A stretch of DNA of 64,000 nt, taken from assembly GCA_977018835.1 (NCBI GenBank), contig OZ361259.1:682001-746000 (forward strand), written 5' to 3'. Below, one piece after another: positions 54,809 through 64,000 of the stretch. A program made the translations under genes and the position numbers. Origin of the DNA: Minutocellus sp. GHC0000111 (Eukaryota). Below the pieces are notes generated by a model. That model was not told the origin of the DNA, did no database searches, and saw nothing but the letters and a program-made list of their open reading frames with translations. Within the stretch, counting starts at the first letter, position 1. Each line of letters starts with the position of its first letter.

Positions 54809-55135
54809 ACTAGCTAGTTTGTTCATAGTAATCTCTATTTCCAAGAAAAGTCACATCATCCAATTGACCTTAGGTCTACCAGTATTTTCCCCCCAAGATT
54901 GTGGTACTCTCTGGTGTTGAGGGTTCATAATTCAATCTTTGTGGCGCCACCATTTTTCTGGAAAGCAATTTTGGAGAGCTCTTGTGTGTGGGCATGGCTA
55001 TGGTCGGTGTGGCCCCCATCCTCCCTCCATCTGGTTCCTTTGCCAGGCACCATTCTCATGCAAAGTGCATGTTTTACAAAAGATTTATGCTGACCTGTCA
55101 AATCACCTGCACCGTCAGCACACAGTGTTCATCGC

Positions 55136-56098
55136 ATGGCAACCATCTGTCACTCCCCTGAAGTGACACAGCAGAAGGCAGTGCCAGAGCAGACAGCCGG
55201 CATCCAACAGCCATCCCAGCAACTCTTGGTCTCTCAGTGCCATGAATGTGGTGTGGCACTAGTCATTCCAAAGAATTGTCCAGCTTCTGCCGGAAATCTC
55301 AAGCCATCTGATCTTGACGGTCAAACGATCATTCCTTCTTCTCATAAGAAATTTATTCCCGTTTTCGATAAGCCCAAGTACTGCCCCTTTGGTCTCGGTT
55401 ATCGCCGCTGCCCAGCTGAAATCTTCAACTACTTTTTTACTGGCAAACTGATGCAGAAGATTGGAGACTTCCTTGCACCTTCTCCTTACACCCCTGGATT
55501 TATTTTCACTACCTATAGCGTTCTTGCCTCCCTGGACACTCAAAATCCAAGTAATATTGCAGCCACGGTGGAGCAGGAATTCACTGAACTCCTTGATCCT
55601 CGGGGAGTTCTTCCATTCAGCCTCGATCCAGGCACAGGCCTTCCTGTCGTCAAGCCCGCTTTTGACAAAGCTGTTCCGAAGGGCCTTACTCGTGGACCCA
55701 ATAGCCTAATTGTTGTCCCCAGGAGCAAGCCCAAGTCCGGAGGTAGCAAGTCTTCTGGTGGCAGCAGCAGATCCAAGAGCACGTCCGGTGGCAGCAGCAG
55801 ATCCAAGAGCACGTCCGGTGGCAGCAGCAGATCCAAGAGCAAGTCCAATTTTTTCACCCCCGTCCCTCCAACTCCGGCTCTGACAAAGGCTCCCTCGGCT
55901 ACACCCTCCAAGACTTCCGATGTTCCGTCCACATCTCCGTCAGAATCTTTGAGTATTCCTTCCACGTTGCCATCCGATGCTCCTTCGGCGATTCCCTCCG
56001 AATTTCCTTCAGACAGTCCTTCGGAGATGCCCTCCGAATTTCCTTCAGACAGTCCTTCGGCGATTCCCTCCGAATTTCCTACTGCTACTCGTAGGTAG
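55136..56098 (+). CDS. Array ORF copy 30 (320 aa)
   Basis: Intact; 3 repeats; N173K. Confidence 0.55.
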   Translation: MATICHSPEVTQQKAVPEQTAGIQQPSQQLLVSQCHECGVALVIPKNCPASAGNLKPSDLDGQTIIPSSHKKFIPVFDKPKYCPFGLGYRRCPAEIFNYFFTGKLMQKIGDFLAPSPYTPGFIFTTYSVLASLDTQNPSNIAATVEQEFTELLDPRGVLPFSLDPGTGLPVVKPAFDKAVPKGLTRGPNSLIVVPRSKPKSGGSKSSGGSSRSKSTSGGSSRSKSTSGGSSRSKSKSNFFTPVPPTPALTKAPSATPSKTSDVPSTSPSESLSIPSTLPSDAPSAIPSEFPSDSPSEMPSEFPSDSPSAIPSEFPTATRR

Positions 56099-56425
56099 AC
56101 TAGCTAGTTTGTTCATAGTAATCTCTATTTCCAAGAAAAGTCACATCATCCAATTGACCTTAGGTCTACCAGTATTTTCCCCCCAAGATTGTGGTACTCT
56201 CTGGTGTTGAGGGTTCATAATTCAATCTTTGTGGCGCCACCATTTTTCTGGAAAGCAATTTTGGAGAGCTCTTGTGTGTGGGCATGGCTATGGTCGGTGT
56301 GGCCCCCATCCTCCCTCCATCTGGTTCCTTTGCCAGGCACCATTCTCATGCAAAGTGCATGTTTTACAAAAGATTTATGCTGACCTGTCAAATCACCTGC
56401 ACCGTCAGCACACAGTGTTCATCGC

Positions 56426-57388
56426 ATGGCAACCATCTGTCACTCCCCTGAAGTGACACAGCAGAAGGCAGTGCCAGAGCAGACAGCCGGCATCCAACAG
56501 CCATCCCAGCAACTCTTGGTCTCTCAGTGCCATGAATGTGGTGTGGCACTAGTCATTCCAAAGAATTGTCCAGCTTCTGCCGGAAATCTCAAGCCATCTG
56601 ATCTTGACGGTCAAACGATCATTCCTTCTTCTCATAAGAAATTTATTCCCGTTTTCGATAAGCCCAAGTACTGCCCCTTTGGTCTCGGTTATCGCCGCTG
56701 CCCAGCTGAAATCTTCAACTACTTTTTTACTGGCAAACTGATGCAGAAGATTGGAGACTTCCTTGCACCTTCTCCTTACACCCCTGGATTTATTTTCACT
56801 ACCTATAGCGTTCTTGCCTCCCTGGACACTCAAAATCCAAGTAATATTGCAGCCACGGTGGAGCAGGAATTCACTGAACTCCTTGATCCTCGGGGAGTTC
56901 TTCCATTCAGCCTCGATCCAGGCACAGGCCTTCCTGTCGTCAAGCCCGCTTTTGACAAAGCTGTTCCGAAGGGCCTTACTCGTGGACCCAATAGCCTAAT
57001 TGTTGTCCCCAGGAGCAAGCCCAAGTCCGGAGGTAGCAAGTCTTCTGGTGGCAGCAGCAGATCCAAGAGCACGTCCGGTGGCAGCAGCAGATCCAAGAGC
57101 ACGTCCGGTGGCAGCAGCAGATCCAAGAGCAAGTCCAATTTTTTCACCCCCGTCCCTCCAACTCCGGCTCTGACAAAGGCTCCCTCGGCTACACCCTCCA
57201 AGACTTCCGATGTTCCGTCCACATCTCCGTCAGAATCTTTGAGTATTCCTTCCACGTTGCCATCCGATGCTCCTTCGGCGATTCCCTCCGAATTTCCTTC
57301 AGACAGTCCTTCGGAGATGCCCTCCGAATTTCCTTCAGACAGTCCTTCGGCGATTCCCTCCGAATTTCCTACTGCTACTCGTAGGTAG
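56426..57388 (+). CDS. Array ORF copy 31 (320 aa)
   Basis: Intact; 3 repeats; N173K. Confidence 0.55.
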   Translation: MATICHSPEVTQQKAVPEQTAGIQQPSQQLLVSQCHECGVALVIPKNCPASAGNLKPSDLDGQTIIPSSHKKFIPVFDKPKYCPFGLGYRRCPAEIFNYFFTGKLMQKIGDFLAPSPYTPGFIFTTYSVLASLDTQNPSNIAATVEQEFTELLDPRGVLPFSLDPGTGLPVVKPAFDKAVPKGLTRGPNSLIVVPRSKPKSGGSKSSGGSSRSKSTSGGSSRSKSTSGGSSRSKSKSNFFTPVPPTPALTKAPSATPSKTSDVPSTSPSESLSIPSTLPSDAPSAIPSEFPSDSPSEMPSEFPSDSPSAIPSEFPTATRR

Positions 57389-57715
57389 ACTAGCTAGTTT
57401 GTTCATAGTAATCTCTATTTCCAAGAAAAGTCACATCATCCAATTGACCTTAGGTCTACCAGTATTTTCCCCCCAAGATTGTGGTACTCTCTGGTGTTGA
57501 GGGTTCATAATTCAATCTTTGTGGCGCCACCATTTTTCTGGAAAGCAATTTTGGAGAGCTCTTGTGTGTGGGCATGGCTATGGTCGGTGTGGCCCCCATC
57601 CTCCCTCCATCTGGTTCCTTTGCCAGGCACCATTCTCATGCAAAGTGCATGTTTTACAAAAGATTTATGCTGACCTGTCAAATCACCTGCACCGTCAGCA
57701 CACAGTGTTCATCGC

Positions 57716-58738
57716 ATGGCAACCATCTGTCACTCCCCTGAAGTGACACAGCAGAAGGCAGTGCCAGAGCAGACAGCCGGCATCCAACAGCCATCCCAGC
57801 AACTCTTGGTCTCTCAGTGCCATGAATGTGGTGTGGCACTAGTCATTCCAAAGAATTGTCCAGCTTCTGCCGGAAATCTCAAGCCATCTGATCTTGACGG
57901 TCAAACGATCATTCCTTCTTCTCATAAGAAATTTATTCCCGTTTTCGATAAGCCCAAGTACTGCCCCTTTGGTCTCGGTTATCGCCGCTGCCCAGCTGAA
58001 ATCTTCAACTACTTTTTTACTGGCAAACTGATGCAGAAGATTGGAGACTTCCTTGCACCTTCTCCTTACACCCCTGGATTTATTTTCACTACCTATAGCG
58101 TTCTTGCCTCCCTGGACACTCAAAATCCAAGTAATATTGCAGCCACGGTGGAGCAGGAATTCACTGAACTCCTTGATCCTCGGGGAGTTCTTCCATTCAG
58201 CCTCGATCCAGGCACAGGCCTTCCTGTCGTCAATCCCGCTTTTGACAAAGCTGTTCCGAAGGGCCTTACTCGTGGACCCAATAGCCTAATTGTTGTCCCC
58301 AGGAGCAAGCCCAAGTCCGGAGGTAGCAAGTCTTCTGGTGGCAGCAGCAGATCCAAGAGCACGTCCGGTGGCAGCAGCAGATCCAAGAGCACGTCCGGTG
58401 GCAGCAGCAGATCCAAGAGCACGTCCGGTGGCATCAGCAGATCCAAGAGCACGTCCGGTGGCAGCAGCAGATCCAAGAGCAAGTCCAATTTTTTCACCCC
58501 CGTCCCTCCAACTCCGGCTCTGACAAAGGCTCCCTCGGCTACACCCTCCAAGACTTCCGATGTTCCGTCCACATCTCCGTCAGAATCTTTGAGTATTCCT
58601 TCCACGTTGCCATCCGATGCTCCTTCGGCGATTCCCTCCGAATTTCCTTCAGACAGTCCTTCGGAGATGCCCTCCGAATTTCCTTCAGACAGTCCTTCGG
58701 CGATTCCCTCCGAATTTCCTACTGCTACTCGTAGGTAG
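57716..58738 (+). CDS. Array ORF copy 32 (340 aa)
   Basis: Intact; 5 repeats; GGIS variant without CCT. Confidence 0.55.
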   Translation: MATICHSPEVTQQKAVPEQTAGIQQPSQQLLVSQCHECGVALVIPKNCPASAGNLKPSDLDGQTIIPSSHKKFIPVFDKPKYCPFGLGYRRCPAEIFNYFFTGKLMQKIGDFLAPSPYTPGFIFTTYSVLASLDTQNPSNIAATVEQEFTELLDPRGVLPFSLDPGTGLPVVNPAFDKAVPKGLTRGPNSLIVVPRSKPKSGGSKSSGGSSRSKSTSGGSSRSKSTSGGSSRSKSTSGGISRSKSTSGGSSRSKSKSNFFTPVPPTPALTKAPSATPSKTSDVPSTSPSESLSIPSTLPSDAPSAIPSEFPSDSPSEMPSEFPSDSPSAIPSEFPTATRR

Positions 58739-59065
58739 ACTAGCTAGTTTGTTCATAGTAATCTCTATTTCCAAGAAAAGTCACATCATCCAATTGACCT
58801 TAGGTCTACCAGTATTTTCCCCCCAAGATTGTGGTACTCTCTGGTGTTGAGGGTTCATAATTCAATCTTTGTGGCGCCACCATTTTTCTGGAAAGCAATT
58901 TTGGAGAGCTCTTGTGTGTGGGCATGGCTATGGTCGGTGTGGCCCCCATCCTCCCTCCATCTGGTTCCTTTGCCAGGCACCATTCTCATGCAAAGTGCAT
59001 GTTTTACAAAAGATTTATGCTGACCTGTCAAATCACCTGCACCGTCAGCACACAGTGTTCATCGC

Positions 59066-59998
59066 ATGGCAACCATCTGTCACTCCCCTGAAGTGACACA
59101 GCAGAAGGCAGTGCCAGAGCAGACAGCCGGCATCCAACAGCCATCCCAGCAACTCTTGGTCTCTCAGTGCCATGAATGTGGTGTGGCACTAGTCATTCCA
59201 AAGAATTGTCCAGCTTCTGCCGGAAATCTCAAGCCATCTGATCTTGACGGTCAAACGATCATTCCTTCTTCTCATAAGAAATTTATTCCCGTTTTCGATA
59301 AGCCCAAGTACTGCCCCTTTGGTCTCGGTTATCGCCGCTGCCCAGCTGAAATCTTCAACTACTTTTTTACTGGCAAACTGATGCAGAAGATTGGAGACTT
59401 CCTTGCACCTTCTCCTTACACCCCTGGATTTATTTTCACTACCTATAGCGTTCTTGCCTCCCTGGACACTCAAAATCCAAGTAATATTGCAGCCACGGTG
59501 GAGCAGGAATTCACTGAACTCCTTGATCCTCGGGGAGTTCTTCCATTCAGCCTCGATCCAGGCACAGGCCTTCCTGTCGTCAATCCCGCTTTTGACAAAG
59601 CTGTTCCGAAGGGCCTTACTCGTGGACCCAATAGCCTAATTGTTGTCCCCAGGAGCAAGCCCAAGTCCGGAGGTAGCAAGTCTTCTGGTGGCAGCAGCAG
59701 ATCCAAGAGCACGTCCGGTGGCAGCAGCAGATCCAAGAGCAAGTCCAATTTTTTCACCCCCGTCCCTCCAACTCCGGCTCTGACAAAGGCTCCCTCGGCT
59801 ACACCCTCCAAGACTTCCGATGTTCCGTCCACATCTCCGTCAGAATCTTTGAGTATTCCTTCCACGTTGCCATCCGATGCTCCTTCGGCGATTCCCTCCG
59901 AATTTCCTTCAGACAGTCCTTCGGAGATGCCCTCCGAATTTCCTTCAGACAGTCCTTCGGCGATTCCCTCCGAATTTCCTACTGCTACTCGTAGGTAG
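59066..59998 (+). CDS. Array ORF copy 33 (310 aa)
   Basis: Intact; 2 repeats. Confidence 0.55.
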   Translation: MATICHSPEVTQQKAVPEQTAGIQQPSQQLLVSQCHECGVALVIPKNCPASAGNLKPSDLDGQTIIPSSHKKFIPVFDKPKYCPFGLGYRRCPAEIFNYFFTGKLMQKIGDFLAPSPYTPGFIFTTYSVLASLDTQNPSNIAATVEQEFTELLDPRGVLPFSLDPGTGLPVVNPAFDKAVPKGLTRGPNSLIVVPRSKPKSGGSKSSGGSSRSKSTSGGSSRSKSKSNFFTPVPPTPALTKAPSATPSKTSDVPSTSPSESLSIPSTLPSDAPSAIPSEFPSDSPSEMPSEFPSDSPSAIPSEFPTATRR

Positions 59999-60325
59999 AC
60001 TAGCTAGTTTGTTCATAGTAATCTCTATTTCCAAGAAAAGTCACATCATCCAATTGACCTTAGGTCTACCAGTATTTTCCCCCCAAGATTGTGGTACTCT
60101 CTGGTGTTGAGGGTTCATAATTCAATCTTTGTGGCGCCACCATTTTTCTGGAAAGCAATTTTGGAGAGCTCTTGTGTGTGGGCATGGCTATGGTCGGTGT
60201 GGCCCCCATCCTCCCTCCATCTGGTTCCTTTGCCAGGCACCATTCTCATGCAAAGTGCATGTTTTACAAAAGATTTATGCTGACCTGTCAAATCACCTGC
60301 ACCGTCAGCACACAGTGTTCATCGC

Positions 60326-61318
60326 ATGGCAACCATCTGTCACTCCCCTGAAGTGACACAGCAGAAGGCAGTGCCAGAGCAGACAGCCGGCATCCAACAG
60401 CCATCCCAGCAACTCTTGGTCTCTCAGTGCCATGAATGTGGTGTGGCACTAGTCATTCCAAAGAATTGTCCAGCTTCTGCCGGAAATCTCAAGCCATCTG
60501 ATCTTGACGGTCAAACGATCATTCCTTCTTCTCATAAGAAATTTATTCCCGTTTTCGATAAGCCCAAGTACTGCCCCTTTGGTCTCGGTTATCGCCGCTG
60601 CCCAGCTGAAATCTTCAACTACTTTTTTACTGGCAAACTGATGCAGAAGATTGGAGACTTCCTTGCACCTTCTCCTTACACCCCTGGATTTATTTTCACT
60701 ACCTATAGCGTTCTTGCCTCCCTGGACACTCAAAATCCAAGTAATATTGCAGCCACGGTGGAGCAGGAATTCACTGAACTCCTTGATCCTCGGGGAGTTC
60801 TTCCATTCAGCCTCGATCCAGGCACAGGCCTTCCTGTCGTCAAGCCCGCTTTTGACAAAGCTGTTCCGAAGGGCCTTACTCGTGGACCCAATAGCCTAAT
60901 TGTTGTCCCCAGGAGCAAGCCCAAGTCCGGAGGTAGCAAGTCTTCTGGTGGCAGCAGCAGATCCAAGAGCACGTCCGGTGGCAGCAGCAGATCCAAGAGC
61001 ACGTCCGGTGGCAGCAGCAGATCCAAGAGCACGTCCGGTGGCAGCAGCAGATCCAAGAGCAAGTCCAATTTTTTCACCCCCGTCCCTCCAACTCCGGCTC
61101 TGACAAAGGCTCCCTCGGCTACACCCTCCAAGACTTCCGATGTTCCGTCCACATCTCCGTCAGAATCTTTGAGTATTCCTTCCACGTTGCCATCCGATGC
61201 TCCTTCGGCGATTCCCTCCGAATTTCCTTCAGACAGTCCTTCGGAGATGCCCTCCGAATTTCCTTCAGACAGTCCTTCGGCGATTCCCTCCGAATTTCCT
61301 ACTGCTACTCGTAGGTAG
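60326..61318 (+). CDS. Array ORF copy 34 (330 aa)
   Basis: Intact; 4 repeats; N173K. Confidence 0.55.
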   Translation: MATICHSPEVTQQKAVPEQTAGIQQPSQQLLVSQCHECGVALVIPKNCPASAGNLKPSDLDGQTIIPSSHKKFIPVFDKPKYCPFGLGYRRCPAEIFNYFFTGKLMQKIGDFLAPSPYTPGFIFTTYSVLASLDTQNPSNIAATVEQEFTELLDPRGVLPFSLDPGTGLPVVKPAFDKAVPKGLTRGPNSLIVVPRSKPKSGGSKSSGGSSRSKSTSGGSSRSKSTSGGSSRSKSTSGGSSRSKSKSNFFTPVPPTPALTKAPSATPSKTSDVPSTSPSESLSIPSTLPSDAPSAIPSEFPSDSPSEMPSEFPSDSPSAIPSEFPTATRR

Positions 61319-61645
61319 ACTAGCTAGTTTGTTCATAGTAATCTCTATTTCCAAGAAAAGTCACATCATCCAATTGACCTTAGGTCTACCAGTATTTTCC
61401 CCCCAAGATTGTGGTACTCTCTGGTGTTGAGGGTTCATAATTCAATCTTTGTGGCGCCACCATTTTTCTGGAAAGCAATTTTGGAGAGCTCTTGTGTGTG
61501 GGCATGGCTATGGTCGGTGTGGCCCCCATCCTCCCTCCATCTGGTTCCTTTGCCAGGCACCATTCTCATGCAAAGTGCATGTTTTACAAAAGATTTATGC
61601 TGACCTGTCAAATCACCTGCACCGTCAGCACACAGTGTTCATCGC

Positions 61646-62638
61646 ATGGCAACCATCTGTCACTCCCCTGAAGTGACACAGCAGAAGGCAGTGCCAGAGC
61701 AGACAGCCGGCATCCAACAGCCATCCCAGCAACTCTTGGTCTCTCAGTGCCATGAATGTGGTGTGGCACTAGTCATTCCAAAGAATTGTCCAGCTTCTGC
61801 CGGAAATCTCAAGCCATCTGATCTTGACGGTCAAACGATCATTCCTTCTTCTCATAAGAAATTTATTCCCGTTTTCGATAAGCCCAAGTACTGCCCCTTT
61901 GGTCTCGGTTATCGCCGCTGCCCAGCTGAAATCTTCAACTACTTTTTTACTGGCAAACTGATGCAGAAGATTGGAGACTTCCTTGCACCTTCTCCTTACA
62001 CCCCTGGATTTATTTTCACTACCTATAGCGTTCTTGCCTCCCTGGACACTCAAAATCCAAGTAATATTGCAGCCACGGTGGAGCAGGAATTCACTGAACT
62101 CCTTGATCCTCGGGGAGTTCTTCCATTCAGCCTCGATCCAGGCACAGGCCTTCCTGTCGTCAAGCCCGCTTTTGACAAAGCTGTTCCGAAGGGCCTTACT
62201 CGTGGACCCAATAGCCTAATTGTTGTCCCCAGGAGCAAGCCCAAGTCCGGAGGTAGCAAGTCTTCTGGTGGCAGCAGCAGATCCAAGAGCACGTCCGGTG
62301 GCAGCAGCAGATCCAAGAGCACGTCCGGTGGCAGCAGCAGATCCAAGAGCACGTCCGGTGGCAGCAGCAGATCCAAGAGCAAGTCCAATTTTTTCACCCC
62401 CGTCCCTCCAACTCCGGCTCTGACAAAGGCTCCCTCGGCTACACCCTCCAAGACTTCCGATGTTCCGTCCACATCTCCGTCAGAATCTTTGAGTATTCCT
62501 TCCACGTTGCCATCCGATGCTCCTTCGGCGATTCCCTCCGAATTTCCTTCAGACAGTCCTTCGGAGATGCCCTCCGAATTTCCTTCAGACAGTCCTTCGG
62601 CGATTCCCTCCGAATTTCCTACTGCTACTCGTAGGTAG
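61646..62638 (+). CDS. Array ORF copy 35 (330 aa)
   Basis: Intact; 4 repeats; N173K. Confidence 0.55.
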   Translation: MATICHSPEVTQQKAVPEQTAGIQQPSQQLLVSQCHECGVALVIPKNCPASAGNLKPSDLDGQTIIPSSHKKFIPVFDKPKYCPFGLGYRRCPAEIFNYFFTGKLMQKIGDFLAPSPYTPGFIFTTYSVLASLDTQNPSNIAATVEQEFTELLDPRGVLPFSLDPGTGLPVVKPAFDKAVPKGLTRGPNSLIVVPRSKPKSGGSKSSGGSSRSKSTSGGSSRSKSTSGGSSRSKSTSGGSSRSKSKSNFFTPVPPTPALTKAPSATPSKTSDVPSTSPSESLSIPSTLPSDAPSAIPSEFPSDSPSEMPSEFPSDSPSAIPSEFPTATRR

Positions 62639-62965
62639 ACTAGCTAGTTTGTTCATAGTAATCTCTATTTCCAAGAAAAGTCACATCATCCAATTGACCT
62701 TAGGTCTACCAGTATTTTCCCCCCAAGATTGTGGTACTCTCTGGTGTTGAGGGTTCATAATTCAATCTTTGTGGCGCCACCATTTTTCTGGAAAGCAATT
62801 TTGGAGAGCTCTTGTGTGTGGGCATGGCTATGGTCGGTGTGGCCCCCATCCTCCCTCCATCTGGTTCCTTTGCCAGGCACCATTCTCATGCAAAGTGCAT
62901 GTTTTACAAAAGATTTATGCTGACCTGTCAAATCACCTGCACCGTCAGCACACAGTGTTCATCGC

Positions 62966-63988
62966 ATGGCAACCATCTGTCACTCCCCTGAAGTGACACA
63001 GCAGAAGGCAGTGCCAGAGCAGACAGCCGGCATCCAACAGCCATCCCAGCAACTCTTGGTCTCTCAGTGCCATGAATGTGGTGTGGCACTAGTCATTCCA
63101 AAGAATTGTCCAGCTTCTGCCGGAAATCTCAAGCCATCTGATCTTGACGGTCAAACGATCATTCCTTCTTCTCATAAGAAATTTATTCCCGTTTTCGATA
63201 AGCCCAAGTACTGCCCCTTTGGTCTCGGTTATCGCCGCTGCCCAGCTGAAATCTTCAACTACTTTTTTACTGGCAAACTGATGCAGAAGATTGGAGACTT
63301 CCTTGCACCTTCTCCTTACACCCCTGGATTTATTTTCACTACCTATAGCGTTCTTGCCTCCCTGGACACTCAAAATCCAAGTAATATTGCAGCCACGGTG
63401 GAGCAGGAATTCACTGAACTCCTTGATCCTCGGGGAGTTCTTCCATTCAGCCTCGATCCAGGCACAGGCCTTCCTGTCGTCAATCCCGCTTTTGACAAAG
63501 CTGTTCCGAAGGGCCTTACTCGTGGACCCAATAGCCTAATTGTTGTCCCCAGGAGCAAGCCCAAGTCCGGAGGTAGCAAGTCTTCTGGTGGCAGCAGCAG
63601 ATCCAAGAGCACGTCCGGTGGCAGCAGCAGATCCAAGAGCACGTCCGGTGGCAGCAGCAGATCCAAGAGCACGTCCGGTGGCAGCAGCAGATCCAAGAGC
63701 ACGTCCGGTGGCAGCAGCAGATCCAAGAGCAAGTCCAATTTTTTCACCCCCGTCCCTCCAACTCCGGCTCTGACAAAGGCTCCCTCGGCTACACCCTCCA
63801 AGACTTCCGATGTTCCGTCCACATCTCCGTCAGAATCTTTGAGTATTCCTTCCACGTTGCCATCCGATGCTCCTTCGGCGATTCCCTCCGAATTTCCTTC
63901 AGACAGTCCTTCGGAGATGCCCTCCGAATTTCCTTCAGACAGTCCTTCGGCGATTCCCTCCGAATTTCCTACTGCTACTCGTAGGTAG
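62966..63988 (+). CDS. Array ORF copy 36 (340 aa)
   Basis: Intact; 5 repeats. Confidence 0.55.
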   Translation: MATICHSPEVTQQKAVPEQTAGIQQPSQQLLVSQCHECGVALVIPKNCPASAGNLKPSDLDGQTIIPSSHKKFIPVFDKPKYCPFGLGYRRCPAEIFNYFFTGKLMQKIGDFLAPSPYTPGFIFTTYSVLASLDTQNPSNIAATVEQEFTELLDPRGVLPFSLDPGTGLPVVNPAFDKAVPKGLTRGPNSLIVVPRSKPKSGGSKSSGGSSRSKSTSGGSSRSKSTSGGSSRSKSTSGGSSRSKSTSGGSSRSKSKSNFFTPVPPTPALTKAPSATPSKTSDVPSTSPSESLSIPSTLPSDAPSAIPSEFPSDSPSEMPSEFPSDSPSAIPSEFPTATRR

Positions 63989-64000
63989 ACTAGCTAGTTT

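Larger units (their letters stand above)
17083..64000 (+). repeat. Tandem array of 36 ORF-bearing units (1260-1380 bp), continuing past the window end
   Basis: Unit starts catgcaaagtgcatgttttac (17083, 18367, ...). Copies of the 30-bp repeat per unit: 4,5,3,4,4,3,3,3,3,4,6,4,2,2,3,4,5,4,5,2,5,4,5,5,4,5,2,2,2,3,3,5,2,4,4,5. Only a handful of SNPs were seen. Confidence 0.99.

Noticed and set aside
18367..64000. All unit lengths being multiples of 30 bp as a phasing signal
   Set aside because: This follows from one constant 1200-bp core plus 30n, so it is a single coincidence and not independent evidence.

Overview
Eukaryotic nuclear DNA, most likely a diatom or other stramenopile. This is inferred from the compact gene spacing, a GT-AG intron, a DNMT3-type methyltransferase and PSxxPS-repeat proteins. 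The first ~17 kb is single-copy. It holds a 5'-truncated trypsin-like serine protease gene, a large TPR gene broken by at least three frameshift lesions, a small acidic ORF and a MAK/ICK-like kinase. It also holds a 1106-aa DNMT3-like C5 DNA methyltransferase (2x Tudor-like, chromo-like and PHD/ADD-like modules) head-to-head with a cathepsin L-like protease, and a short orphan ORF cut by the array edge. From 17083 to the window end (47 kb) is a head-to-tail array of 36 near-identical ~1.3 kb units (1200+30n bp; first unit 1284 bp). Each unit carries an intact 310-350 aa chimeric ORF with three parts: a cytochrome P450 heme-binding signature (FGLGYRRCPA) without the rest of the P450 fold, a variable-number 10-aa Ser/Gly/Arg/Lys repeat of silaffin-like composition, and a Pro/Ser-rich tail. 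The array shows SNP-marked higher-order blocks and a CpG-depleted ~480 bp segment per unit. Whether the array ORF is expressed cannot be determined from sequence alone.
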